Shown here: piece by piece, positions 34,498-49,400 of the stretch
How positions within the stretch are numbered: the stretch's first letter is position 1
Layout: each line of letters starts with the position of its first letter
Origin: Botryllus schlosseri
Lineage: Eukaryota
Direction: 5' to 3'
Length of the DNA stretch: 64,000 nucleotides
Assembly (NCBI GenBank): GCA_051294905.1
Contig: CM119372.1
Span: 5,520,001 to 5,584,000 of the forward strand
Notes under the pieces: generated by a model
Told to the model about the DNA's origin: nothing
Databases searched by the model: none
Seen by the model: the letters and a program-made list of their open reading frames with translations, nothing else
Translations under genes and position numbers: made by a program

Positions 34498-37400
34498 AAT
34501 AGACACTTACGTGACCTTTGACACGAACCAATCAGGTTGCAGTAGGATGTAAACAAAGAACAAGGCCGGGCAAGCTTACTATGACCGCTTATGGAAAAGG
34601 GTTGAAAAATGAAGGTTTTTAGCAAAATTACATGGAATTGGGAATAGCTGGCTTTGGTGAATGGTAGTAACGTAGAGCTAGTATGTATTTGCAGTGTTCT
34701 AACCTACAATAAACATGGCTGGTGGCAAGCACTCATCAGCATGGTATGTCCAAATGAATGGATTTCTGACAACTTTTCGGATGAAGCAACTATTGCTGTA
34801 TTATCCTTAGTCCTTAGTCGTATACTATAGGATTGTCGTACCGAATAGCATGTATTAGATTAATCTTGAGTCAGGATATGTGGGTTGGCGTTACATGCGT
34901 TCTATTTATGGAATCGTATATAGTACAGTCTACAGTCTGCATAATTATCTAGCAAATTACCGTTACACTGGACACTTGTCTGCATATTCAATGATCATAT
35001 TAATATGATATATGTTTTGGCAATATGATCCGTTCCCAGTTGAAATCGTCATTTTCTGTTCTAGCTCATGTAGATTGAATCAATCAGGACAAATGCCGGA
35101 TAAACACTGTGCTAATAGCCTGTGTAACTTGTAGATGGCTACTCGGACCGTTCCTGGTGGGCGCTTGTACCTTTCCCAGAGCCAATAACATGCATGGAAG
35201 AATGTAAAATCCGGATAAAGGCATGTGGACTTCCTTGTAGTCATCTGAATTCTTATTTTATTAATAAAATGACATATCTATTATTGTACCAAAAATATTG
35301 AATCGTGACATAATTTAGATGAAACAATTCTGTGTTTCAAAATGAGTCCAATCCGAAATGCAGTCACAGTTGATGCCACAATCGACTTGGTGTGTGTCTC
35401 GTTTTATTCCACTCCAGTTTTGCTGCTTGATGGTGTTTAATGGATTGAAATTGTTGAGAGCAATATATTCAATAATGAGATGAATAGTTGAAATTGGTAG
35501 CGGTGATACGTTGCATGAGTCGGACGAGTACGCCTTGATAGGTGCCTGCACAGCAGTGTTACTCTGTAAAATAAACATATTATATATATTTTGCAGGCTT
35601 GATAATGAAGCTGCAGAAAGAGGAAGTCGATGGATAAAACGCAAGAAAATCAAATTTCTGGAAGAAGTAGAAGCACAAAACAGGAAACTCGTCCAGGAAA
35701 ATTACAAATTGACGGACAATTATTGCTAGTGAAGTTCAGTTCTCAGAGGAGCATCATAATGTCAAAAGATGCGGAGAAGCTGAAATTTTATGCTAGACTA
35801 CAATAAATTCTTTCTGAATTGCCCGACTTATCCTACTGACGTCAAATTTATAGTATTGCTGTAAGCATAGTAATAAACCATTGGGTCAACCGTATGTAAC
35901 TTCTTCATTAAATTTCGATTTGGCCATGTAGGCCTAAATATGTGGTTATTAAAAATGCACCATTTTCATTCATTCATGATTTCTCAAAACTAGAATGATT
36001 ATTGACGGTCAATAAATCACATACAACTTTGAAAGGATTGATGGATTGTGGTACACTTACTTTTGTGCAGGAACTGTTCACAGGGACCATTTCAGATCGA
36101 AATATTAGTGAAATATGTGGATTCGACAAGAAATGTGAGAAAATGATGGAGTTCAGCTATGGTGAACCAGGAAATGCTATCATGGCAGAAAAGGGATTCA
36201 CCATTGAGTCTGAAATCAAGTTGAATCTAGATTTAAATATTCCTGCACATGATTTGGCACACCGTCAAATGCCTGAGCCAGACTGTTCCACAACAAGAAA
36301 GATGGCGAGACAACGTATTCATATTGAACAGCTGATCGGAAGAATCAAGGAGTATAAAATTTTGGCTGGTGTCATACTATGCAGCATTGTCTATCAACTA
36401 ACCAAATATGGACTAATTGCTTACTCTAATTCAAGATTGAAAATTAGCAATCAATGATGCAACATATTCAGCAATTGTGAAAATTCAGTTCCATTGTGAA
36501 TATCGTAATGCCTAATAATAGCATGCTACGGATCGTAATTGCGCGGTGCCATGGTCAATGTGTACCAACAGTGCATGTCTATTCATACTATATTCCAGTG
36601 GTGTGCATTGAAGCTCATTTACATGCCCAATTTGTAAAATGAACAATTCTCTAGGTGAAAATTTTCTAGGATTATTTGTGTTTGGTGGAATGTTATAAAA
36701 CTGAAGACACCAGATACACCAAAATCTACCTCGAGGCAGGAGTTGATCGGTTGCGAGTACGGTCGAGAGATTGCTTGTCAATCATGGTTACAATATCTAT
36801 TGCAGGAGTCTCTGACAAAATGTCTTTTTCCTTACTTACCCTGTCTTACAAGTGCAAGACGAATCAATAATGGATTTTCTGAGAATGTGTATTTCCATTG
36901 AGTGTGATATCTCACTTTTCTGCAAGTTGCGATAACATTGGCTGTTCACTAGAATATTGCTTCAACAAAGAGTGGATTGTCTCCTCAATCTTTGTCCCTA
37001 AGTCGTGTACGTAGCGCTCCATGAAATACTTCGTATCTTTCTCCGCGGTGTTAGAAGAAGATGCTGTTCCACTCAAATCCAGAAATTCGATAGAATCTCC
37101 ATAATAGCTTTCAAGTTTCATAATCAATACACCAAAATTGTGATGTGTGGCAGCAGCTGTATTTTATAGCATATATTTCTGAACATGAGATATGCTTGAA
37201 AATTTCGCTCGAGACCTGGAGCCTATGATATCGTCAAAATATGCATTACCACAATCCTATAGTATAGTATAAAACAATCGTCTCTTAATCCGAAAAGTTG
37301 TCAAAAATCCATGCATTTGGACACAGCACGCTGATGCGTACTTGCCACCATTCATGTTCATCCTAGACTAAAAGCTGCAACTACATACTGGCTCTACGTT

Positions 37401-37560
37401 ATTACTATTCATTAAGGCCAGTCATCCCCAATTCAACGTAATTTTGCTTAAAACCTTTATTTTTCAACCTTTTCCCATAAGAGCTCGCCCGGCCTTGTTC
37501 TTTGTTTACATCCTGCTGCAACCTGATTGGTTCGTGTCAAAGGTCACGTAAGTGTCTATT
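34498..37560 (+). mobile_element. Decayed ISL2EU/PIF-Harbinger-type DNA transposon
   Basis: Imperfect TIRs of about 330 bp starting AATAGACACTTACGTGACC; THAP-like remnant near 35095-35230; DDE_Tnp_4-like ORF at 36002-36457. Confidence 0.75.
36002..36457 (+). pseudogene. DDE_Tnp_4 (Harbinger/ISL2EU-like) transposase fragment
   Basis: KSHTTLKGL..TFV..FTGTISD..PGNAIMAEKGFTI..LNIP..ARQRIHIEQLIGRIKEYKIL; the catalytic ADKGF reads AEKGF. Confidence 0.8.
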
Positions 37561-39344
37561 ATTGAATTGGAACTGAATATTGGAGTTACAATGGTCACTT
37601 CAAAATGACGGGGTTTCGCGTTTCAAACAGGGGGATTCGGACCCCTTGGCTACGCGCCTGGAACACGCGCCCGGAACACGCACGTATCAAAAACGAAGAC
37701 GTCTCTAACGAGGTCGCATCGATTCGCCTGATTACTAATTACTGGTCACAAACAACTTGGGCGCTTCAGCATTTCGTACGAGGTGGCCGCCACTTCGTAA
37801 ATATGGTGACGAGGTGGCTGCGCCACCTCGTAACCTCGTAAGTCGGCGCCTATGTCTACTACTATATAATCATACTGCACCTTCTACTGCGGCGCCATTC
37901 TTCAGCGCCACCCATATCGCCCCCTGAGCCCAGCACCCCCCATATCGCCCCCTGAGCGTTTCCGCCCCCTTCAAAATCCAAATCGCAAAGGTTAAGAAAC
38001 ACTGATATAGGCAATCTATTTTTTTTGGAAATAATTCCGGACCTGCGAAAACGCTGCAATTAGCGAAACCCGCGAGAGAAGAATCCAAAATTGAAACGAA
38101 TAAACAAGTATAATCATAAGTCCGGTTGCGAGGAAATGCTGAAAAGTTGACAATTGCAGAGGAGGAAAATTGAAATGAATTAACAAAAAAAAGATAAACA
38201 ATCGATATAAACAATGAACATTCAATAATTCATCTCGAAATCAATGAGCAGAAGTTTCAGATTTCAGAAGGAAATTTCAACAATATTTGTGTAAACAGAA
38301 AAACAGGTCGTGCGCATGGATAAAATCAAGTTTCAAGCAGCTCGCTACATCAATCTATTATATTTTTATAATGCAGCGGGTTGCATCATGGACTCATTAT
38401 ATAGAAAATACTGGTGAAGTCATAATAAAAACCGCGCAAGGAAATGGCTAATTGTGAGGTCCAAGTCAAGTACATCATGATATTATCAATTGAATTTCAT
38501 TGTAATTCAACTTATAAAAATCCAACTAATAACAGTCGTAGTGCATTTTCAAGTAGGATTCCTTATGTATTTGTGAATGGCATGCTGTAGGAAAACTCTA
38601 GAACGGTCATAGGTTTTTAACGGGGCACATCTCTCAAGATTCGAGGGGCGCTATAAATTCATTTACTTCCTCGTTATATCACGTTATATCATTGTTAATA
38701 AAGTAGTTTATCATCATCATAGCATAATGATTAAGAAGACAGTTGTGATATCACCTTACTAATCGGCAGTCACTGTAGGTGACGCAACCACGTCACTTAC
38801 AATTTTATACTTACAAGCACAATCATTGGCATAATGTTAAAACGGCATTGTTCAATCGTTGGTTTCAAGGACTTGATACTGGTGCAAAAGACAATATTAA
38901 TAAGAGGAAACATAAATTATATTTCTTTGTACAAGTGGCAGAAGAAAGTGCATTGCAACGTTTCTTCCCTTAATAGCCGTGGGATCTCGCGTTCTTGAAA
39001 TGAATTCCGTAGTTTATCAGAAGTTGCCTACCCCTGGCGTAAAGTCTCAAACCACGTGCATACACCTGCACCATTTTGAATAGAACACCTCTTCTTCCGT
39101 AGAATTGGCATGGTTGGCGGTATGCGGTACGTGAATATTTGATTAGAGATATGAGATTTCGTAACGACTGGACGAGAGATAACGCCATTTCCACATTCGT
39201 CAGAATTCGAGAGGCACTATACCAAGTAATTTACTTCCTGGTTATACTATAGATTTTTACCTTAGTTATCTATAGTTATACCATTGTTACCGAAGTAGCG
39301 AATCATCATCATAGCATAATGAGCAAGAACACGGTTGTTGTGGT

Positions 39345-40045
39345 TGTTGTTTGTGGTATTCGTGGTGTTTTTCGACTACTATGGTAACTTACACCAGGCC
39401 AAATTTCTTCACTTTTATTCCGTAGATGCCGGCTTGTAAGCACGGCCCGCTTCAAGGCTTCTATAAGACACCGCCCGCTTACACGGATGAGCTGGCGCGT
39501 AGGAGCCTAGATAAACCTCAAATGCTTGGGTAGGGATTATGGAGTCGACATCGGTCGGACTCTAGCCCATAATCCGTTGGTGTCGCAGCTGTGGATTATA
39601 CCACTAGGCTAGGCTTACCATATTTTGGAAATGTAAAAAGAGGACACTTTTTCAGAAATTTCAGACATGCAAAACTGGAGAAGAATTCTCAAAAACCAGT
39701 AAATTTTTACCACTTCGTGATCGGTTGACTAAAAAAAAAACACTTCCGCTCAGAGCTCAAAATAACGTTTTTCTCTCCACATTGCCAGGTGGATGACTAA
39801 AAAAAGGTCTTCTTTTCGCTCAGAGCTAAAATCACCGCTTTTCCCTCCGAAATATCCGCCGGAGCTTCACTTCAGCGCTAATTTGCGGCAATTTCCTCTA
39901 AATCTGACCTAGATTTTCAAAAAAGAGGACAAAATCTCAAAAAAGAGGACAAAAGGGCGTCCTCCGAGGACACTTTCAAAAAAGTCAAAAAAGAGGACAA
40001 ATCCTCAAGAGGACGTATGGTAAGCCTACACTAGGCTATCTCGCC
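39345..40045 (-). mobile_element. tRNA-derived SINE (family 2) interrupted by hAT MITE 39610-40028
   Basis: Minus-strand head GGCGAGATAGCCTAGTGGT and ACAAC/AAAC tail; MITE flanked by perfect TSD CACTAGGC; another copy at about 49087-49324; 3' fragments at about 15390, 44450 and 46210. Confidence 0.75.
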
Positions 40046-42034
40046 GGAAGAAGACGTCCGTGATATCACCTTGCTCATCGGTGGAGTCACTATAGCTCGT
40101 AATTAACTTGCTATCGCCGTTCCATTCGTTTGCGCAACAAGTTGCTCTGCACACTATGTCTCATCCAAGTAATGAATATATGCAAACAATGAGATGCGAG
40201 AAAGTGAAAGCAAATGACTGCTTCGATAAACACTTCGCGACGTGCATATACAACAGTACATTGTACAATGTACATTTATACAATCATGTACCCGGCCACA
40301 GCACAATGGTACAGTGACTAAGGCAGATTGATGAAGCTAGATTGATTGGTGCATATCTGAGGTAACAAGGTTGACAAAGTACGCTTCAATATGAGATGCC
40401 AATACTCAGAACGTACTATAGATTAGATACCAATCTGGCACAGTATATATGACAAGTCATTTTGCAGTGTGCAGTGCATTGTGCATTGCGTATACAATGA
40501 CAATCACCTGGAAATTGGTCAGTCAGATATATCGGCATCGATGTTAAGAATTGGATTTGGGAATAGCCTATAACATGTCAGAGGAAGTTTCAAAACGAGT
40601 CTATTTCGGAAGGACTTTAGTACAGTAGATCTTAACTAGTGTGAGGGGTCGGATTAAGACATGGATCGGGAGCCTTTTTCGTCAAAAGAGCCATGTTTAC
40701 CCTATATTTTTAATTCTCGACGTCACTTAACTGAGACGTCAAATTAAAGTGCCGGGACGTCATGGATAAAAACAAACAAAAAATAAACAATAGAAATCAT
40801 GTTTTAAACGAAGCCCATGTTTCGAATATGTTTGTTTTCAGTTGATTTTTGTTTTCAATGTAACCCTAAATACAACAATAACGGAGCATCAGTTACAATT
40901 TCTTTTGCTGTTGCTGTTTGCATTGACTATTTACTCGGAAAACTTGATCGATTGGCTTGTGTTTCTTACATGCAATATGTTATGTACTTTCGACATATCC
41001 GCCAACACTCCACGGAAAAACGTTTTGCTCTGATATCCCTACGCGACGCCTTGGTTTAAATTTGATTCCCGCAACGTTTTGACAATATATTATACACGAG
41101 TTAATGGCAGGGGTCGTGTATTCAAAACGGGTCTAGGGCCACTTTTCAAATTTTGTACAGGCAGCGGGCCGCATGAATTCAATATCTATATAAAATAGGC
41201 CAAATATATTAACAAACACGTTTTCAAAACATACGGCTAGTAGTACAACGCTGTGCTCTCCAACATTGGCGACGGGCATAGTTACCACAATAAAAATAAT
41301 ATCTTATTAAAGAAATATAAATGCAAAAACAAATGTGAAGAATAGTGATGTTGTGAGAGAGAATAGCTTATTTTGAACAACAACAACAATAATATTTAGA
41401 AACTGAAATATATTTTAGCATTACAAAACGCTTTACTGAGCGCTCTTTCGAAATGTGAAATCAGGCCGCGGGCCGCAAAATATGACCTCGGGGGCCGCAT
41501 GCGTGCACCCCTGAGTTATTGTATGGTACATTGCACATATCGATATCAGCGATGTATGCACATCTGACTCAGTCAGTCACAAAATCTCTATCTCGCGGAG
41601 CCTTGGACAAGGCATTTGAAATATTGTTAACATTATCCAGTTTTTATACGTCACTGTCACGCCATGCTTCGAAACATGTCTGTGTCGGGAACCTGACTTT
41701 GACTTTCGAGATGGAATAGCTCACTAATAAATTTATGATAAATAATTAAAGACTTAACTGCTGTTTGTATTTTAGGCCTAAAACGTTTCAGAATTTCTTA
41801 CCATACAAATTCTTGCGACATTTATAGTTGTTTTCGGAAAAGTATGATAATCAACATTTTCATTTCATTTCATGCGATGTTGTCGGTATATTCCTTTTGT
41901 TCACCATGAAGCCTTTCGAAGGTGTTCTCCATCCGTGAATAATTGTTAATATGATACATCTTGTCATAGACGATATGAATTAGGTATTGAAACCAACGCT
42001 GTGGACCGGATAATATCTATTGATTATCTACTCC

Positions 42035-42092
42035 ATGAAGCCCGTAACCGGCGGTAACATTATCACAGCTATCATGACAATCCTTGCTCAAG
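42035..42092 (+). CDS. Unit D signal-peptide exon (MKPVTGGNIITAIMTILAQ), 15-nt in-frame deletion relative to B and C
   Basis: Homologous to leaders B and C; CAAG|gttagt donor; downstream intron (42481-42580) matches the one after leader B. Confidence 0.75.
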
Positions 42093-42132
42093 GTTAGTGA
42101 ATTGATATAGGAAAAATATATGTGGGCTATAT

Positions 42133-42441
42133 CAGTGGTTCTCAACCGCCGGTCCGCGATGACTTTCCAGCCGGTCCGCGAGGTATATTACAATTTTATG
42201 GCAATTTTACCTCGATTCCGCAGACTCGCTACGGTAAAATCACAGGAATGCCTTCATGAACATAATCAATTACGATCAAAATCCTAAACATGTCTCTCTC
42301 TAGCTAGCATCATATACTTGGAAAAATCCGTTGCATCCTTCACTTTTTCTATTGATTTCTAATTTTGAAAGTACACCGGTCCGCCAAATATTTTTTTGAA
42401 ATTTTGCCGGTCCGCGAGGTGAAAAAGGTTGAGAACCACTG
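42133..42441. mobile_element. hAT MITE 40 bp downstream of the leader D donor
   Basis: TIR CAGTGGTTCTCAACC, perfect TSD GGCTATAT. Confidence 0.9.
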
Positions 42442-43960
42442 GGCTATATTGAATATATATAAAGACAGACCTATATAATAAATGTGATAGGGATCGACAG
42501 CATACCAATCCGAGATCGAAACAGACGAAAACAAATCTTATTCTGAATGTGTGGTATTCAAGACATATGACCGACGTGAAGTGTCAATTTAGGCTGATCT
42601 ATAACCGCAGTATAATAGGGGCAGTGCGACAAGTTGACAGATCCAGAATCATATTAAGAATTACACTCGACAACAGAAAATCTCAAATTTTCTCGTAGCA
42701 ATAAATTAATATTGGGATATGCATTAGTGAAGTTCATAGATGCAACTCCTGTTATTAACTCAAATTAGCTTGAAGTCATCTGCAGGAAAGTCCTCTTGTA
42801 CGATTCTGATGGGGACAGATTCGCAATAGGCTGATGGCAGTAATTAGTAATAATGTTAGGCTTACCATATTTTGGAAATCTAAAAAGAGGAGACTTTTTC
42901 AGAAATTTGAGACTTGCAAAACCGGAGAAGAATTCTCAAAAACTGGTGAATTTTTCCCACTTTGTGATCGGTTGACAAAAAAAAAAAAAAAGGTCATCTT
43001 TCCGCCCTGAGCTAAAATAACCGTTTTTCACTCCGAAATACCCGCCGGAGCCTCAGTTCTGTGCTAATTTACGGCATATCACTCGCAATTTGCTCTAAAT
43101 CTGACCTAAATTTTCAAAAAAGAGGACAAAATCTCAAAAAGCTGCAATTGGAATTTCAGGGGAATGGGTAATTGGCTGTAAAGCAGAGTCAATGTTGAGG
43201 AAGTGCTATGACTTCTTGCTTTTGTTCCATTCTTACCTCTCATGTAAAAAGATCAATCAGCATGGTGGCTCTTTGGATCACACAAAACTACGGGTATTAC
43301 AAATTGCATCATTTAGACCAGGGGTCAACAACCTTTTCTGCACCCAAGGGCTACTTCTTGGGTACTGATTGAAACGATGGGCTACCATTCCCTCCCGCGG
43401 TTTACCCACACCAGACTGAATCTCCACTTTAATATTCATAGCACTGGGCAGGAATCACATTGCGGTCAAGACAGTCTTGTAAAATCAAAACATTTCGTTT
43501 CAACTATAGCTACCCATTAACATTTTTTAAAGAAATTATGAAATACTTCGAACCATGCTTGTATACGGGGCCGAAACAGGACTTCATCAGCCCCCCCGCA
43601 ATAAACATTGGTGTTTGCCCCCATAGGATCATAAACCCCCTTGCCGACGTTTTGCCACTACCAGTAAGGCACGTTCTTCTGCCTGTGAAGGATTGTATAT
43701 AGTCGCGTCGAGAGCGATTTTTTTTTATTATTTAGGTCAGGTGCGGGCAACTTGTCCAATCGGCGGGCCGGATATAGGAAAGTTAGGTGTTTGGCGGGCC
43801 GCATTGCTGAATTGATACATTATTCGCCCATTTATACACATATGCAAGGAATAAATCGTATTTAATGGATGAATTTTAACGACAGCAATGTAACTTCAAA
43901 GCCATTTCTCGCCAATAATGACGAAGACAATGTGGATTTCAGAACAGCATTGTCATATAG

Positions 43961-46014
43961 CAGGGGCGGGCAACTTCTTCAGTCGGCGGGCCGGATATAG
44001 GAAAATTAAGTACTTGGCGGGCCGGATTGCTGAATCGATATATATATATGTATACATTATTCGTCCTTTTATCCACATAAGGAATAAATCGTATTTAATG
44101 AATGTATTTCAACGACAGCAATGTCATTTCACAGCCATTTCTCTCCGATGATGACGAAGACAATGTGGATTTGAGAATAGCATTGTCATACAGGCGCCAC
44201 CATGTCTGGTTCTCTCTGATCAATCAACACACGGTGCAATCCTTAATGAAGATTTCCAGGCTTTCGATAAGTTCAGTACCCCAAATTTACAAAGATATCA
44301 ATTCATTAGGGTTGAGTAGGTGGCGAGTTAGCGTCGTTGTTCAACTGTATATGGCCTAATAAATATTGATATTGAATTCATGCGGCCTACGTCCTCTACG
44401 AAATTTGAATAGTGGCCCGCGACCCGTTTTGAGTTGGCAACCACTGGCATAAGCGGTGCCTAGAAGTGTGCCATGCTACATGTCGGCAGTTACGGAATCA
44501 AAAATAAGAAATGTCAGCCTGGTGTAAATGACCATTGTAGCAGACCTGGACAACTAGATAATTCTAGTTGTCTAATTTCACTAAATTACAACAAAATGCC
44601 AGTAATCTAATTTTAATCTGATTTGTAAAATGTTTCTATCCTCTGATTCTAATTCTAATCTAATTTGTAAAATGTTCATTCGCTCTAATTTTAATTCTAA
44701 TCTAATTTATTGTTTTCCCGAAAATGCCTCTTTGTCCGAGGCATTTTGCAGCGAGTTAACAAGAATGTCCCTATCGCGCAGGGAAATCCAGTGCCAAGCT
44801 AAGCCATCATCGCCTTCGTACATCCATAGTAGGTATTGTGCTAGCATAGTAGGTTGTTGTCTGCGAACAACATTCTAGTTTTTAAAACTTTACTACGTTA
44901 GTACAACGCCGTGCTGACTAACATGGGCGATGCTCATGGTTACTACAAAAGAAGTAATATTTTATTAAAGTAGTACCGATAGAACAAGAAATATCATAAT
45001 CATAAACGTCAGTTTATTTTGAACTTTGAGCTGCACACGATACCCGGCAACACTTTCCAGCGACGAATGAATCAATGTTGGGACTATGCAGACATGTTAC
45101 TTGCTGAAAGACTATCTCCTCCTAAAGATTGATCTTGTGGAACGTCCTTTGCATTTTTCTGATGTCTCGTTCTTGGAAATGTCTGGACTATTGCACGTCA
45201 AGGCAATATGCTTATTGATTTCAGCTTACTCTCCATCGTTGGTATGCTGTTGCCATCGGCGAAGCCGTTTCAGCTAGTGTGGAATCGTGTTTTTGGGCAC
45301 AGGCGAATAGCTTATTTTGAAACAACAACAATAATAATTTGAAACTGAAAACAATTGTAGCATTTCAAAATGCTTTACTTCTCGTCCTTCCAAAATCACA
45401 AGTCGGATCGCCTGCCGCGATTGCGGTGACCCCTGGTAATGTACAAAACGGGCCAAGCTTGGTGTACATACGTTAACCATTCTCATGGCTATGGGAATGC
45501 ACTGTGATTTGATATGTCCTGATTTTTGCTGTATTCACAATTTCATTCAATTTCCCCGTTTTTGAGAATTCTGTATTCTAATTCTAATCTAATTCGGAAA
45601 ACAACTATGTAGCTCTAATTCTAATTCTAATCTAATTTGGAAAAAGCTGTGTAGCTCTAATTCTAGTTCTAATCTAATTTGGAAAAGCTGAAAATTATCT
45701 AGTTGTCCACGTCTGCATTGTAGTCGACAAACACCATGATTACCACAAACAACATTAGGGTTGAGTACATCTTAAATGCCGATGATGCAAGTCTTCTAGC
45801 TTCGACGGACTTACGCGTAAGATCCACTCTCACACGCTGCGTATATAATAACACACAGTCAATAAAATTGAACCTAGTAAGCAAGTAGTGGGGAATCTCG
45901 GCAGACTGGGGCCGCGGGCCACATTATCATGTAAGACGGAAAACAGTCCGCGGGCTGGACAAAATCCCTTCGCGGGTCGGATCCGGCCCGTGGGCCGTAT
46001 GTTGCCCGCCCCTG
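43961..46014. mobile_element. Composite hAT MITE (CAGGGGCGGGCAAC TIR) inserted in a copy of itself (starting about 43738); contains MITE 44541-45715
   Basis: TSD TCATATAG/TCATACAG; inner element CAGACCTGGACAACTAG..CTAGTTGTCCACGTCTG with perfect TSD CATTGTAG and CTAAT arrays. Confidence 0.85.
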
Positions 46015-46488
46015 TCATACAGGCTCCACCATGTCTGCTTCTCTCTGATCAATAAATACACTGTGCAGATTTCAAGGCGTAGTAGGTGACAAGATAGCGT
46101 GGTTGTTCAACTGTGTGGCCTATTTTGTCTCGATATTGAATTCATGCGGCTCGCGGCCTCGGAATTTGAAAGTGGCCCGCGACCCGTCTTGAGTTGGCGA
46201 CCCCTGGCATAAGCGGTGTCTTACAGAAAGCTAGAAGTGGACCGTGCTACAAGTAGACGGTTACGGAATCAAAAATAAGAAATATCAGCATGGTGTAAAT
46301 GACCATTGTAGTCGAAAAAATCATGACTACCACAATTACAGACATGGGGTGATTACTTTATGAATGTAATCGATTGCGATTACGATTTCTTCTGAATCAC
46401 GCGATTACGATTACGATTACGATTACAGCTAAATCAGGAAGTAGTCGATTACGATTACATTGGAAAAGTAATCACGATTACTCACGAT

Positions 46489-49400
46489 CAGACATGGGGT
46501 AATCGCGATTAGTAATCGTAATCGATTACGACGATTACAGCATTTTCAAGTAATCGTAATCGCAATCGATTACATTCGAAAAAAATCCGAAGTAATCGTA
46601 ATCGTAATCGACTACTTCCCATATTTAATCGATTTCTCTGTGAAAGAACGATTACTTTTTTATTTGTACAAGGACTATGACACAAACTGAACAAGTGAAC
46701 ATTTGTGAACAATGAAGAGATATTATACAAGATTCGTGATAGCACAAGGGTCTGATTTTCAAACGCCACTGCTCATTATTACGTCAGAAGCCGCAGTTAG
46801 CTTTGCGCGTCATTGCGTAAGAAGTATCCACAGTAAATAGATGTTCGATGTGCGTACGTCGTACACTAGTGTGATTGTTAGAACACCTGCCGTGCTTTAT
46901 ATCAGGTTATCAACACGTTCCACACGCCACTACCTTGCAGCAGTATAGTTTGTCTCCGCTCTGCCTAGTTTAAAACAGTACCTTATGTGTTGATGTTTAG
47001 TTATGCTTAGTTTAGGGTTACCATATTTTTGTGAAGCAAATTCCGGACATTCTTTAGCGCCCACTAGCGGATTTAAAAATGAGGTGACACATTGTCTGTC
47101 AATATGACGTCACACTAGCAAAGCATTGCCCATCGACTGTATACAGAAGTGGTAATGGTACGCGAAGGTGTTCCAGGTGGTACGCGAGAAGATTCTGTTT
47201 TTTTCGACCGAAGGGAGTTATTAGTTCAAGGGTTGATTCTGAGTTTTTCAAGCCGCCATCGTCGTGGTAAGGTCGTCGTTGTTGGTAGTGGCTATTCCAC
47301 CAGTGACGGCCTACGCCAGAGATCTAGTCGTAAATTGGGATTCTTACCTAACCAAATTCCGTTTTAATATATTTGACCACAAGAATTTCAAATGGATCCA
47401 CTACAGAAATCATATATAGCGCCCTAAAATGCACCTCAACACAATGGAAACATTTTTGACCGCCTTCAGCGTACTTATCTTATGTAGATGGTACGCGAGC
47501 ACTGCATAAAACCTCGAAATGGAACTTGGGAGAAAAAAGGTTGGGAACCACGAGCCACTGGTATACGGGAATACATTGGAACATAGGGCATTAATTAGGC
47601 CATCTGTAATGTGGGCTACTGTGATTGCTACTTGCTAGGGTCTGCAATAGATTTCTCCACAGTCCGGATGAAATTGTCTGACGGGCCGTGTCTGGCCTGT
47701 CGGGATTGTGTTTGACAGCCCTGCTATTCCGTTAGGTCGGTGCGGCTATCTGGTTATGTGTTTTAATCAGGTCCGAAACAACATTTTTCTACCCCCTTCC
47801 GCCGAATAAAAAAACACTGATCTTGGGCCCACCATAGGGTAGTCGACGTAACTTCTCGGGCACTTAGAATATGCATCTGGCTGTTAAATTTTTTGAATGA
47901 CTTCTGTCAATATTATTGATTCTTCCATATATTAGGCTACTATAAAATGCACCAGCAGGTATAGCACATCCGGTGATTTCCAACTTTTTTATGGTCGCGT
48001 CCGCATTTCCAACTTCAGAATGGTCCGTGGACTAGCTCCAAACTTGATAAGCTGATTACTAAAAAATCAGCTTGCCCAAACTTTCGGCATAGGAAGCTGA
48101 TTATACGTCCAACATCATCGCGATCCCCAGATAAAGGAAAACGACCTCAAGATTCGGAACCACTGTCTGTGGCCTTAACCAACTCTAGTAATATACCGTT
48201 TGCGATTACAATCAGACTTATTTCAGTAAACGATGGTTATTTATATTTATTTTGATTGGAAATTTGGCGAGGGTGTTGCCTGGTGCCCATACTGATATCA
48301 ATATACGTTGCATTAACTCGCGCGCGGCGCGAAGAAACAATCTTAAATAGCATAAATCTGCTTGAAAATAATATTGTTTATGTTGATTTACGAAAAAAAT
48401 TTAAGCCTACCTCAAACCTTCAAAATTCCGGACATTTAGGCATATTTTAGAAATTCTTCCCGGACGCAGATTTTTCAGTGAAATTCCGGACATGTCCGGG
48501 AAATTCCGGACGTATGGCAACCCTAGCTTAGTTAAACGCAGTTTGACCGTTGCTGCTTTGCGGGCAGTAGGCCTATCTAGTACGTACGGACACCGGACAA
48601 AGATTTGATATTTTGTACTCGTCAAATAAAACATTGGGGTTTCCACAACGAAGCAGTAAAATCAACAGCTGATGATATAGCCTATATATATAGGTATATC
48701 ATAACCAAGCCGTTTTTGCCGTTTCTCCTAACTGCAGCTTGCAGTATTAAGTTGATTAGGTTGAATGCAGAATTTTATGTTCGCTTCTTCTTGTTCTCAT
48801 ATGACACTACTTGAAACGGGCGCCAATCGTTATTTCACAATTATTTACTCAACATTGGGATCTACCGCCATGGCCATGTGCTGATACATCATGTTAGCGT
48901 GGGATGTAGCTGGAATCAGGACCAAAACAGCAATTCGTCCCCCAGTCCAAACGTTGGTCTTTGGCCCCATAGGGTGGCAATCTCAAGTTGAAGACTGAAT
49001 TTCGTCAATAATATTAGTAATTTCATTATATTACTCTTAGTTTTTAATCCTCTCTCAGCCCCCGATGGTCAAATCTACCTGTAGAGTTTGTTTGTTTGTG
49101 GTATTCATGGTGTTTGTCGACTACAACGGTCATTTACACCAGGCCGATTTTCTACATTTTTGATTCCGTATCATCCAACTTGTAGCACGGCCCACTTCTA
49201 GGCTTTTTGTAAGACACCGCTTACGCGGATGAGGAGGCCAGGAGGAGCCTAGGTAAACCTCCAACACTTTGGTAGGAACCATTGATGCTGCGGCCATGGA
49301 TTATACCACCACGCTATCTCGCCACACAGTTACGTACCAGTAGAGCTGAGGGCACGTAATTCATAATTCATATTATCTTGTTATAATTACTTTAGTGTAT

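Larger units (their letters stand above)
32686..37854. mobile_element. hAT-type element hosting nested insertions
   Basis: TIR CATAGGCGCCG...CGGCGCCTATG, perfect TSD TCTACTAC; contains CAGGCGCGTAGC...GCTACGCGCCTG ends (33272-37660, no clear TSD) and the ISL2EU-like element. Confidence 0.85.
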
